From Candidatus Cloacimonadota bacterium (GTDB lineage: Bacteria > Cloacimonadota > Cloacimonadia > JGIOTU-2): a stretch of 64,000 bases of DNA. The notes beneath the pieces are model-generated. The model was not told the origin of the DNA, searched no databases, and saw nothing but the letters and a program-made list of their open reading frames with translations. Of this stretch, positions 48,439-58,399 are shown one piece after another; the stretch's first letter is position 1; each line of letters starts with the position of its first letter. The position numbers were made by a program, and so were the translations under genes. Location of the stretch: positions 208,031 to 272,030 of the forward strand of contig JBNGBT010000004.1 in NCBI GenBank assembly GCA_049903315.1, read 5' to 3'.

Positions 48439-49545
48439 ATGGGACTTTTTTTTAGGATAATGAAGGCATGTATAGTCCTTTTATGTGTCATTTTTATGAA
48501 TGCAGGCAGTCTATTGTGTCAGGAGGATCAAAACATGAAACTGAAAGTAAATCACGAAGACGATAGAGTATGGCTCGAGGGGTTTGAGGGATTCAGTTTT
48601 GAAGAATACACAAGTTCTGTACACGGTTCACAGGCAAAGATTTTAGAAGCACTGGGAACTCCTCTCAGTTATGAATACCTTCTCGGTGTGTCCGGTTTGG
48701 CATTTCGTATGCAGGTCTTTAAAGAAGCTCTCTGTCCGAGTTCTCCACATTCATGCTGTGGATATATGTGTGTATCCCGCTCCACAAAAAGCTCTCCATG
48801 GGAACTGAGAATATTCGAAGTTAAATCCGAGAATGCAGAAGAAGTCAAAGAGCTTCGTGATGCAGTAAAAGAAAGTATAGATGATGGGCGTCCGTTACAA
48901 TATGGAACGATTGAGGATGGCATCATTGTTGGATATCAGAAAGATGGTGATGAATGGCTATGCTACGATCCATTACAGCAAAACGGCAAAAAAATCGTCA
49001 TTGAAACAGACATTCCATGGGGGGTCGTCGAATTCGTTTCAAAGAAAGACTCTCTCCCTTCAAAGAAAGAGCTTGCTGTCGAATCTCTGAAACAGGCAGT
49101 TGAAATGGCTCTTCAGGAGGATGCAGACGAATATTGGCTCGGATTCCGTGCTTGGGAAGAGTATATCAAGTATTTGCAGAAGCTTAATGAGAATAATGAG
49201 TTGATCAAAAAGGATGATATGATGGGCAACGCCTGGATATATGAGTGCCTGATTTCATACAGACTGCATGCAGTAAATTATCTTCGTGGACTTTCACAGG
49301 GATTTTATGAAGAAGCAGAGCAACATCTATTAAATGCTGCTGATCTCTATGAGAAAATGGTGACAGAGAAACTGCTTGATAAACAGGGATGTTTTACTGA
49401 TTTTGTCCCTTACCCATGGATGCAGGAAAAGGATAAGAACTGGTCGAATGAGATGAGAACGGAACAGATCAGGAGATTACAGGAAGCTCTTCAATTGGAA
49501 AAACACGCAATAACAGAGATTGAAACAGCTCTCGCAAAAATGTAA
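48439..49545 (+). CDS. Hypothetical protein (start uncertain)
   Basis: 368-aa ORF; SYEYLLGVSGLAFR motif, family not confidently recognised. Confidence 0.6.
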   Translation: MGLFFRIMKACIVLLCVIFMNAGSLLCQEDQNMKLKVNHEDDRVWLEGFEGFSFEEYTSSVHGSQAKILEALGTPLSYEYLLGVSGLAFRMQVFKEALCPSSPHSCCGYMCVSRSTKSSPWELRIFEVKSENAEEVKELRDAVKESIDDGRPLQYGTIEDGIIVGYQKDGDEWLCYDPLQQNGKKIVIETDIPWGVVEFVSKKDSLPSKKELAVESLKQAVEMALQEDADEYWLGFRAWEEYIKYLQKLNENNELIKKDDMMGNAWIYECLISYRLHAVNYLRGLSQGFYEEAEQHLLNAADLYEKMVTEKLLDKQGCFTDFVPYPWMQEKDKNWSNEMRTEQIRRLQEALQLEKHAITEIETALAKM

Positions 49546-49781
49546 CCACTCGGCTTCTTTTCAATACGCCGTAGCAGGCGAAAATACACGAAATTTTAGA
49601 AAAGGGAAAAGAATATCTCATTCCGAAGTTGAACTTTGGAACGTCTCTCAATCTGTGTTCTATTCCCACTAACTCTGTCTGGCTTAGAAGTCGGTACTCT
49701 CATACTATAAAACACTCCAGGCAAATCGATCGATAAACTTCGACTTGCCTGGAATGCCCAACAAATATTTAAGCGATGAAG

Positions 49782-49907
49782 TTATTTTGCTTTTTTGGCT
49801 TTTACAACTTCAGGCTTAGTAGTTTTTGGACTTGTATTTGAAAGGGGTTTGGTGTCCTTTTTCATACCTGTTTTTTTGTTGCTTTTCTTTCCACTGCTTG
49901 CTTTCAT
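49782..49907 (-). CDS. 41-aa lysine-rich small protein (not in the ORF track)
   Basis: AAGGAG SD; MKASSGKKSNKKTGMKKDTKPLSNTSPKTTKPEVVKAKKAK; upstream TTGACA-16-TATATT; downstream hairpin. Confidence 0.6.
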   Translation of the reverse strand: MKASSGKKSNKKTGMKKDTKPLSNTSPKTTKPEVVKAKKAK

Positions 49908-50222
49908 CTTGGTTCTCCTTGATTGAGATTTTAAGTGCTGATTAGTAACTTTTCAGCTTGTTATTTATTCAACTATTGGTCTTCTGAAATCAAAGAAATA
50001 TAATGTAAAATGTGATAATGTCAAAAAGAATTTATACTTTTATCATGAATGTAATATTAACCATGAAAAGCACGAAAAGGAAAAAGAATATCTCGTTCCG
50101 AAGTTGAACTTTGGAACGTCGCTCAACAAGTTGGGAATGAGATTCAATTCTTTATCTGCGTAAATCAGCTTGAACTTGTCCGCCAACCGCCAGATCAGCG
50201 TTTATCTGTGTTCTATTTTTCT

Positions 50223-50777
50223 TCACCACTTTTCCCAATGAACTATCTTCTCTAAATCTTTCCTTTTTTTGCTTCCGGCAAACGTTTTTATTGCTTTGGC
50301 ATACAAACTGTCTTTATCTTTCGGGTAACCAAATGGGCTGAGCGCTACGACTTTTACTTTCTCGGAAATTCCCAGTATTTCCTGAACTTTTTTATCATTA
50401 AATGCACCAAGCCAGCACGAGCCGATCCCTAGTTCCCATGCTGCGAGCATCATTTGCTGAAATGAGATCGCTACATCGACGAGGTAGTAATCTTGCCCGT
50501 TAAGATGTCCGCTGTCTTTGGGATTGGCACAGGCAACGATCACTACAGGCGCATCCTTGATAAAAAAATTTGATTTACTGATCATACCCGATCGGAGTGC
50601 GAGTTTTCCAATCGTATCTTTATCTTTCACGACCACATATTGCCAGCACTGCTTATTCTGCCATGAAGGTGCAAGCCGACCTGCTTCAAGTATTTTACTC
50701 AGTTCTTCATCTTTGAGAGGTCTCGTGTCATAACTTCGTATGCTTTTTCTGCTTATTATTGCGTCATATACATTCAT
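50223..50777 (-). CDS. Nitroreductase family protein
   Basis: RKSIRSY, APSWQNKQ.W, LGIGSCWLG, FGYP; AGGAG SD before ATG 50777. Confidence 0.92.
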   Translation of the reverse strand: MNVYDAIISRKSIRSYDTRPLKDEELSKILEAGRLAPSWQNKQCWQYVVVKDKDTIGKLALRSGMISKSNFFIKDAPVVIVACANPKDSGHLNGQDYYLVDVAISFQQMMLAAWELGIGSCWLGAFNDKKVQEILGISEKVKVVALSPFGYPKDKDSLYAKAIKTFAGSKKRKDLEKIVHWEKW

Positions 50778-50850
50778 GTTTTCTCCTGATTGAAGAGATT
50801 TTTCATGCGCATTCTTTGACAAGTTTTTTCTGTTTATTTGGGTGGATGCA

Positions 50851-51864
50851 ATGGAAAAAATCATGAACAACAAGAATTGGACAGCTATCTGGCAAGAAGA
50901 GCGAACAGTCTTTATCATAGACCAGACCAAGCTTCCCTTCAATTTCGAGATCGTTGAACTTCGCACTTATATTGCTACGGCAAATGCAATCCGCGATATG
51001 CTTTTAAGAGGAGCAGGGACGATTGGTGTGGCTGCCGGATATGCGATGGCACAGGCATTTGCAGAATATTCAACCAAAAAGGACCTGGAAAAAGCAAAGA
51101 TATATATCGAATCATCACGACCCACTGCGCAGAATCTTTTCTATGCCACAAGGAGAGTGTATCAAGAAGCCCTGAATGCTGAAGATCCTGTAGAAAGAGC
51201 TTTTCAAACAGCGGATGATATTCTCCATGAAGACGAGATACATTCACGGGAGATGGGAGAACTCGGAGCAGAACTTATCAAAGACGGATTCAGCATTCTT
51301 ACTCATTGTAACGCAGGTAAGCTTGCAATACAGGGATGGGGCAGCGCGCTTGCACCCATCTATGTCGCTCATGAGCAAGAGAAGAATATCTTTGTGTATG
51401 CGGATGAAACACGTCCACGTCTTCAGGGAGCACAATTGACAGCTTGGGAACTGGCTCAAGCCGGTATTCCTCATGCGATCATCGCAGACAACGCAGCAGG
51501 ATACTTTATGCAACAGAAAAAGATCGACATCGTGTTTGTCGGTGCGGACAGGATCGCATGCAACGGAGATGTGGCAAACAAGATCGGTACCTATGAAAAA
51601 GCAGTGCTTGCACACGAAAATAATATACCATTTTATGTGGTTGCACCGTGTTCTACAATTGATTTTGCATGCCCTTGCGGGAAAAATATCCCAATTGAGG
51701 AACGTTCTTCAATCGAGGTGAAGCGTACGGGAGAAAGACTTATTGCAAATGCAGATAGCGATGCGCTCAATCCTGCATTTGATGTAACGCCAGCAAAGTA
51801 TATCACAGGTATCATTAATGAGTATGGCATTCATAATCCGAAGAATATAGGCATTTTACGCTAA
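50851..51864 (+). CDS. mtnA: S-methyl-5-thioribose-1-phosphate isomerase
   Basis: IDQTKLP, LRGAG, SRPTA, LTHCNAG, ETRPRLQG, GADRI..NKIGTY, NPAFDVTP. Confidence 0.93.
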   Translation: MEKIMNNKNWTAIWQEERTVFIIDQTKLPFNFEIVELRTYIATANAIRDMLLRGAGTIGVAAGYAMAQAFAEYSTKKDLEKAKIYIESSRPTAQNLFYATRRVYQEALNAEDPVERAFQTADDILHEDEIHSREMGELGAELIKDGFSILTHCNAGKLAIQGWGSALAPIYVAHEQEKNIFVYADETRPRLQGAQLTAWELAQAGIPHAIIADNAAGYFMQQKKIDIVFVGADRIACNGDVANKIGTYEKAVLAHENNIPFYVVAPCSTIDFACPCGKNIPIEERSSIEVKRTGERLIANADSDALNPAFDVTPAKYITGIINEYGIHNPKNIGILR

Positions 51865-52469
51865 TGGAAAATTACCAGGGGATTAAGTTTGCTGTTCGAT
51901 TCTCCGAGAAGAAAATTCTCGATTTTCCAATCCAAAATGAGCTCATTGCGTGGGGGAAAAAGTTGTCGGAATTGGGGTGTATTCCAACATATCCGCATCC
52001 TGAAAATCCTCGCATCATAAGTTCAGCAGGAAACCTGAGTGCCCGTGTCGGCGATCGGTTTATTATCACTTCTGCAGGTTCGAATCTTGGAGCACTCGCA
52101 CAAAAAAATTTTGTAGAGATTCATGATGTAGATACTCATCAGAAACATATACATGTAGTTGGAACAAAATTACCCTCTTCTGAAACAATGCTTCATAACA
52201 GTATCTATCAAAGCAGGCACGATGTGCAGGTTATTTTTCACGGTCATAATCAACAATTACTCGCGCGGTGCTCTCAAATTGGATTAATATCAACAAAGAA
52301 ATGGTATCCCTACGGCACATTAGAATTGATGGAATCCGTAAGCGAAGTACTCGGCAAACATAATATTATCATAATGAAAGATCACGGATTTTTAAGTTTT
52401 GGAAAAACTTGCCAGCAAGCAGGTGAAAACATTATTCAGGTCTTATCTGAAATCAAAAAAGAAAAATAA
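51864..52469 (+). CDS. Class II aldolase/adducin family protein
   Basis: AGNLSAR, PSSET.LH, FHGH, DHG. Confidence 0.85.
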   Translation: MENYQGIKFAVRFSEKKILDFPIQNELIAWGKKLSELGCIPTYPHPENPRIISSAGNLSARVGDRFIITSAGSNLGALAQKNFVEIHDVDTHQKHIHVVGTKLPSSETMLHNSIYQSRHDVQVIFHGHNQQLLARCSQIGLISTKKWYPYGTLELMESVSEVLGKHNIIIMKDHGFLSFGKTCQQAGENIIQVLSEIKKEK

Positions 52470-52568
52470 TAGTGAACCACGAAAAACATCCGGCTTCATC
52501 CCGATTTAATCGGGAATACGCCGCGACAGGCAAAAGTCACAAAAAATTATTTTTATGTAGGAGCAATA

Positions 52569-53822
52569 ATGGGTAAAACCTTTATTCAGAAAGTTTTTGA
52601 AAGCAAGGTTGGAAGACCGGTTAAAGAAGGTGAGATAATCTTCACCGAGCCGGATTATATATTAACACACGATAACTCAGCAGCGATCATAAAGAAACTC
52701 GCACAGGTCAAAGAAGGCATCAAAGTAAAATATCCAGATCGTATTGTAATCGTACTCGACCATGTAATACCTGCTGCAAATGCAAAAACTGCGAATAATC
52801 ATAAGGAAATTCGGGAATTTGTAAAAGAGCAGCACATCACTCATTTTTATGATATTGGAAGAGGTATTTGTCATCAGGTACTCCCTGAGGTGGGGCTTGC
52901 AAAACCGGGAAGTGTCATTGTCGGGAGCGACAGCCATACATGTACGTATGGCGCTTTTAATGTGTTCTCGACTGGCATTGACAGAACGGAAGCTGCAGGA
53001 ATTTGGATTACTGGTGAAACATGGTTCAAGATTCCCAGATCCTACAAGATCGTAGTGGAAGGAAAATTTCAACAACGAGTTTCAGCAAAAGATCTCATCC
53101 TGAAAATAATAGGTGATCTTGGTGCTGATGGTGCAAATTATAAATCAGTTGAATATCACGGCACAGGCATCAAAAACCTGGATATTTCTGATAGGATGAC
53201 CATCGCAAATATGGCTGTGGAAATGGGCGCGAAGAACGGTGTGTTTCCTGTCGATGAACAGACTGAGAAGTGGCTGCATGAGCACAAGGTGGATACATTC
53301 GATGCAATCTGGGCGGATGATGATGCAGTATATGAAAAGGAATTTTCATATGATTTGAGTAAGATTGCTCCGCAGGTTGCATTCCCACATACAGTCGATA
53401 ATGTGAAGGATATATCCAAAGCAGAGGGCATAAAAGTAAATCAGTGCTTTATTGGTACATGTACCAACGGAAGGTTAGAGGACCTTCATGCGGCAGCAGC
53501 AATACTGAATGGAAGAACCGTACTTCCTTCCACGCGATTACTAATTCTCCCGGCTTCGAGGGAAGTGTATCAACAGGCAACGGATGATGGTACTATGAGC
53601 ATTCTTAATAGAGCAGGTGCTGTGATCCTACCTTCCGGATGCGGTCCATGTCTTGGTGCTCATCAGGGTGTCATGGCAGATAATGAAGTGACGATCTCCA
53701 CAGCAAACCGAAACTTCAAAGGACGTATGGGAAACAAGACTGCTGAGATCTATCTTGCATCACCGGAAACTGTCGCAGCATCAGCGCTTAAGGGTGTGAT
53801 AACTGATCCGAGAAAAATTTAG
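52569..53822 (+). CDS. 3-isopropylmalate dehydratase/homoaconitase large subunit
   Basis: GICHQ, DSHTCT, GTCTNGR, CGPCLG, NRNFKGRMG, LASP; substrate not determinable. Confidence 0.88.
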   Translation: MGKTFIQKVFESKVGRPVKEGEIIFTEPDYILTHDNSAAIIKKLAQVKEGIKVKYPDRIVIVLDHVIPAANAKTANNHKEIREFVKEQHITHFYDIGRGICHQVLPEVGLAKPGSVIVGSDSHTCTYGAFNVFSTGIDRTEAAGIWITGETWFKIPRSYKIVVEGKFQQRVSAKDLILKIIGDLGADGANYKSVEYHGTGIKNLDISDRMTIANMAVEMGAKNGVFPVDEQTEKWLHEHKVDTFDAIWADDDAVYEKEFSYDLSKIAPQVAFPHTVDNVKDISKAEGIKVNQCFIGTCTNGRLEDLHAAAAILNGRTVLPSTRLLILPASREVYQQATDDGTMSILNRAGAVILPSGCGPCLGAHQGVMADNEVTISTANRNFKGRMGNKTAEIYLASPETVAASALKGVITDPRKI

Positions 53823-53887
53823 TGGACAATATTAGTGGACAATTGGTAAAAACGTGTAGATTATAAAGTAAAATTATAGAGGTTACA

Positions 53888-54115
53888 ATGGATTTAAAAG
53901 AGAAAGTATCAGAAGAATTGGAAAAAATACGTCCTGCATTGAAAGGTGATGGCGGGGATGTGCAACTTATAGATGTCTCTGAGGACGGAGATGTGAAGGT
54001 CGAGCTTCAGGGCTCCTGCAGGGGATGTCCTTTTTCCCAGATGACGTTGAAGTACAGCATTGAGAAGCAGCTCAAAGAGAAGATACCTGAAGTGAAAACA
54101 GTTACAGCTGTGTAG
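53888..54115 (+). CDS. NifU C-terminal/NfuA-like protein
   Basis: IRPALKGDGGDV..GSCRGCP. Confidence 0.9.
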   Translation: MDLKEKVSEELEKIRPALKGDGGDVQLIDVSEDGDVKVELQGSCRGCPFSQMTLKYSIEKQLKEKIPEVKTVTAV

Positions 54116-54116
54116 T

Positions 54117-54353
54117 GTGAAAGAAAAAATAAAATTTAAAAAAGTCGCAGGTTATACACTCCTGGGTCTTGGTATTATTGGATTATTTACACCTTTTTTA
54201 CAGGGAATCCTCTTGATCGCTGCAGGTCTGGGCCTGATAGATAATAAAAAACTCAATGCCTTTTTTGATAAGATGAAAAAGAAGTATGGTTTGAATCTTA
54301 AAAAGAAGAAAAAAAAGATTTCTGAAGATTATTCGGGAGAGGAAGAAAGTTAG
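54117..54353 (+). CDS. Small membrane protein
   Basis: GIIGLFTPFLQGILLI hydrophobic hairpin, basic tail. Confidence 0.6.
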   Translation: MKEKIKFKKVAGYTLLGLGIIGLFTPFLQGILLIAAGLGLIDNKKLNAFFDKMKKKYGLNLKKKKKKISEDYSGEEES

Positions 54354-55591
54354 TCGGATTCTTCCTGTTTAGGAAGAATTTTTATCATTACTTTCTCAAT
54401 CTTTTTCGGGGTAACTTGTTTAATCGTAAACTCATAATTTTTTATAAGTAGTTTTTCATTATAACGGGGAATCCGTTCAAATTTTTCAATAAGCATCCCC
54501 GCAAGAGTTTCATAATCACCCTCATCAAGCTCGATATGATAATCTTCAATCAAACGCTCGATCTCAACCTCACCGTTCACAAGGAAAGTCTTGTCATCCA
54601 CTTTGCTGATGTCATTCTCTTGGGCATCATATTCGTCCTCAATCTCACCGACAAGTTCTTCAAGGAGATCTTCCACAGAAATAATACCGGCAGTACCGCC
54701 GTATTCATCCACTACAACAACAATAGGGGTTTTATTCTTCTGCATTTTTTTAAGCAGAGTGGTCGCCTTCATGATCTCGGGCACAAAATATGCATCTCTC
54801 ATGAATTTCTCTGCAGGCAATGAAAGATCTTCAACTTCAAGAAGATCGTGTATAACGAGCATGCCATCTATATGATCGATATCCACTGAATACACTGGGA
54901 AACGAGTATATCCTACTTCCTTCATCAAGCTGATCACATCCGTAATTGGAGTGTCTGCTTTTACGCCTACAATATTCGTGCGGGGGATCATTATATTTTT
55001 CACAGTCAGATCACGAAAATCCAGCACTTCTTCAATAAGATCGTGCTCATCCTTTTTTACATGCCCATCCTTTTGGGCTTCTTCAAGAAGATAAGAAAGA
55101 TCGTCTTTTGTAAAGAGGTGAGTGCTGCTTTGTTTATCGATCTTAAACAGTTTGAAGAAAGCATTATTGATCTTGCTGAGAATCCAGATAAGGGGATGAA
55201 ACAGGAATGAAAAGAATCGTATCAAAAAGAAAAATTTTGGGATTGAAGTATTGCAGGAATTTCTTATAATTATTTTTGGAATGATCTCAGCGAAAATAAG
55301 AAGTATGCCAGCAAGAAGCAGTGTCGCCCATGTTTCGGACATGATTTCCCTTTTTATCATAAAAGCAGTAAAGACCGAGGAAACGATTATGAGGGAAATG
55401 TTTGTCCCAATAAGTGTTGTTCCGAGGACTTTATCAGGATTTCTAACAAAATCATAGAGCTGTTTTTTACTCTTATTCTTGGAGGCTTCGTGTTTCAATC
55501 GGTGTTTATCAATGGATATAAGACCGATCTCAATGCCGGAAAAAAAGGCAGATCCGATAAAAAATACTGCAACAATAATTATGCTTATCAT
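54350..55591 (-). CDS. Hemolysin/CNNM family (DUF21-CBS-CorC)
   Basis: AFFSGIE, AEIIPK, MIPRT, VVDEYGGTAG, EDLLEELVGEIEDE. Confidence 0.92.
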   Translation of the reverse strand: MISIIIVAVFFIGSAFFSGIEIGLISIDKHRLKHEASKNKSKKQLYDFVRNPDKVLGTTLIGTNISLIIVSSVFTAFMIKREIMSETWATLLLAGILLIFAEIIPKIIIRNSCNTSIPKFFFLIRFFSFLFHPLIWILSKINNAFFKLFKIDKQSSTHLFTKDDLSYLLEEAQKDGHVKKDEHDLIEEVLDFRDLTVKNIMIPRTNIVGVKADTPITDVISLMKEVGYTRFPVYSVDIDHIDGMLVIHDLLEVEDLSLPAEKFMRDAYFVPEIMKATTLLKKMQKNKTPIVVVVDEYGGTAGIISVEDLLEELVGEIEDEYDAQENDISKVDDKTFLVNGEVEIERLIEDYHIELDEGDYETLAGMLIEKFERIPRYNEKLLIKNYEFTIKQVTPKKIEKVMIKILPKQEESD

Positions 55592-55614
55592 TTATATTTT
55601 ATTCAAGAATGATG

Positions 55615-56688
55615 TTATTCATTGCTTAACATCTCTTCCTGCATGGCAATATGCAGAGCGTCGATGAGTTCGTCAATATTTCCATCCATAAATGATTCTA
55701 AATTATGTGAAGTATAGTTTATCCTGTGATCAGTAATGCGTGATTGCGGGTAATTATAGGTGCGGATTTTTGCGCTTCTGTCCCCGGAACCAACCATTAT
55801 TTTCCGCTGTATAGCTATTGACAACTGCTGTTTCTGGATCTCGAGATCGAGTAGCCGTGACCGGAGCACTTTCATTGCTTTATGCTTATTTTTCAGTTGT
55901 GATTTCTCATCCTGACATGTGACAACAGTGCCTGTGGGAATATGGGTTATGCGTACTGCAGAATCAGTAGTATTCACACTTTGACCGCCTGGACCTGATG
56001 AGCGGTACACATCGATCTTCAGATCGTTCTCATCAATCTCAAAATCGATCTCATCCGCTTCCGGCAACACAACGACAGACGCGGCAGACGTGTGTATTCT
56101 TCCCGAAGATTCTGTTTCCGGTACACGTTGAACACGATGAACGCCGCTCTCGAATTTGAGCGTGCCATACGCATTATTTCCAATAACTTCGAAAGAAATT
56201 TCTTTCAAGCCGCCCATGCCTGTGGGATTAGAATTTAAGATATCTACCTTCCATCCTTTATTCTCGATAAAATGCGAATACATCCTGTAAAGATCTGATG
56301 CAAAGAGCGCTGCTTCATCACCACCCGTACCTGCCCGGATTTCCATAATAGCTTTTTTGCTATCATTTTCATCTTTTGGTATGAGCATTGTTTTCAGTCT
56401 ATGTGAATACTTCTCAACCTTGCTTTCGAGATTGGCATTTTCTTCATTTATCAGAAAGACAAGCTCTTCCTCCTCTTCATGCTTCAATGACTCTTTGTTT
56501 TCATCCAGCGCTTCGATATTTTTTTGAAGCTCCTCCGCACACTGCAGAATTTCAGAAATTTCCTTGTAACGGGAAGATATGTCCCTGTATCGGTCAAGTT
56601 GATTGATGATAGTAGGATCAGCAAGCTGCTTTTCCAACTCAGAATATTCCTGCCGGAGCTCTGCTACTTTACTCAGAAGGTTCGTCAT
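55615..56688 (-). CDS. prfA: Peptide chain release factor 1
   Basis: GTGGDEA, VPET (PxT), GGQ, RTYNYPQ. Confidence 0.97.
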   Translation of the reverse strand: MTNLLSKVAELRQEYSELEKQLADPTIINQLDRYRDISSRYKEISEILQCAEELQKNIEALDENKESLKHEEEEELVFLINEENANLESKVEKYSHRLKTMLIPKDENDSKKAIMEIRAGTGGDEAALFASDLYRMYSHFIENKGWKVDILNSNPTGMGGLKEISFEVIGNNAYGTLKFESGVHRVQRVPETESSGRIHTSAASVVVLPEADEIDFEIDENDLKIDVYRSSGPGGQSVNTTDSAVRITHIPTGTVVTCQDEKSQLKNKHKAMKVLRSRLLDLEIQKQQLSIAIQRKIMVGSGDRSAKIRTYNYPQSRITDHRINYTSHNLESFMDGNIDELIDALHIAMQEEMLSNE

Positions 56689-57640
56689 CGTTCAAAATTT
56701 CTACGTTTGGATAGGTGAGGGGAAGATCGAGTGCAGCGTGGAGTGCACATATTGCCACTTCAAGCTGCTGTTCGTCGGGTTCCTGCGTGGTAATTCTCTG
56801 CAAAGCCAGACCGGGAGCAGAAAAACCTCTTACCAGCCAATGATTGATATTCTTTCCGGAAAATCTCAAAATCTCATACGAAATTCCTGAAATAAATGGA
56901 AGCAGTAATAAATGAAGCCCTATGCGGATTCCAAGGGGTATTGCATGTCCAAGAATGAGTGCAAGTATTGTATCAACTATAGAATAAACAAAAATCGCAA
57001 TAACCAAAACAATAAGCATAAAGCTTGTTCCACAGCGGGGATGAAAAGTCCTGTACTTTTTCGTGTCCTCAAGAGTAAAATCTGGATTTCCCTCATACGC
57101 AAATACGGATTTATGTTCAGCGCCATGGTATTGAAATAGGCGGCGAACATCCTTGAGAAAGCTGATGAGATAAATATACACTACAAAGAAAATTATTCGG
57201 ATTCCTCCAGCAAAAAGATTGAAGAGGATGCTTGTTTTTTCTATGTCGATCCAATACGCAATACGATAGGGTAGGAACACAAAAAGAAGGAATGCAAGAC
57301 CAAAGGCAAAAATATAGGAGAAAGCAGTATAGAGTTTTTCAAAGAATACGTTTTTCTTTTTTGCAGGTTTATTCTCTTCTTCGTCCTTTATTGCTTCTTC
57401 AGCAGAAAAATTCAATGTTTTGATGCCGATCGAGAGCATCTCGATCAGCGAGACGAATCCCCTGATAAGAGGTAAGCCAAAGAATTTATTGGTCTTTGTC
57501 TTAGAAATGAATTCCTCTTTTTTCAGGATGATGTGGCCGTCCTTTTTTCGTAGAGCAGTAGCAATGTGCTGAGGTCCGCGCATCATGACGCCCTCAATAA
57601 CTGCCTGTCCGCCCACAGCTATTTCCGGTTTATTTTTCAT
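56669..57640 (-). CDS. DUF1385 membrane protein
   Basis: [31 protein letters not shown]. Confidence 0.92.
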   Translation of the reverse strand: MKNKPEIAVGGQAVIEGVMMRGPQHIATALRKKDGHIILKKEEFISKTKTNKFFGLPLIRGFVSLIEMLSIGIKTLNFSAEEAIKDEEENKPAKKKNVFFEKLYTAFSYIFAFGLAFLLFVFLPYRIAYWIDIEKTSILFNLFAGGIRIIFFVVYIYLISFLKDVRRLFQYHGAEHKSVFAYEGNPDFTLEDTKKYRTFHPRCGTSFMLIVLVIAIFVYSIVDTILALILGHAIPLGIRIGLHLLLLPFISGISYEILRFSGKNINHWLVRGFSAPGLALQRITTQEPDEQQLEVAICALHAALDLPLTYPNVEILNDDEPSE

Positions 57641-57726
57641 AAGCTTTAAATTTTTGGTAAAAGTATCCTATTTGATCTTTAAATTTGATGGGTTCAAGGT
57701 GTGTAAAACTTCCCTGATGAGAAGTG

Positions 57727-57954
57727 CTATTGCTCTTTTTCTTCTTTTTTAGTCTCGAATTTGCTGTATTTTTTTCTGAATTTTTCAATGCGTCCTGCGC
57801 TATCCATTAATTTCTTTTTACCAGTATAGAAAGGATGGCACTCCGAGCAGATCTCCACATGGATTTCGGGTAGTGTATCTCTGGTCTCAAAGGTGTTTCC
57901 GCACGCGCATTTCACTATGCATTTTTGATACTTTGGATGAATATCTTTTTTCAT
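57727..57954 (-). CDS. rpmE: 50S ribosomal protein L31 (zinc-binding type)
   Basis: [29 protein letters not shown]. Confidence 0.97.
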   Translation of the reverse strand: MKKDIHPKYQKCIVKCACGNTFETRDTLPEIHVEICSECHPFYTGKKKLMDSAGRIEKFRKKYSKFETKKEEKEQ

Positions 57955-58399
57955 ATATATGTACTCCGTTAATACATTTTGATTTGACACACAATTTATG
58001 ACCGCACTTTGCAGTGTCAAATTTTATGACGCTTTGCGGCTTCCTTTAGATATTAAAACCACGAAAGGCACGAAAAGGAGAAAACAAAAAAAACATGGAT
58101 TAACACAAAAGGACACAAATTATAAATACTTCGAAATATATTTTCACGCAGAGACCGCAGAGTACATAAATCATGCAGAGAACGCTGAGTAAAAAATGTG
58201 TTCTTTAACGATTCACACCTCGCTGCGAACCAATTCAAAATAATTTTGTCATTCTGATGAGTGAAACGAAGAAGAATCTTCCAAAACAAAATGTAAATAG
58301 AACTTTGCGAAAGATTCGGAACTTTCGCAAAGATTACTTCTCTCTTCACGCATATCAACCCTCTCTCTTCATTTCCCTCTCATTTGCGAAAGGAGAGGG

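Noticed and set aside
53820..53843. TAGTGGACAAT direct repeat upstream of the NifU-like gene
   Set aside because: Only two copies, overlapping a stop codon; cannot tell an operator from a chance duplication.
58053..58358. 101-aa minus-strand ORF
   Set aside because: Made up of REP-like and tandem repeats; no SD or protein motif.
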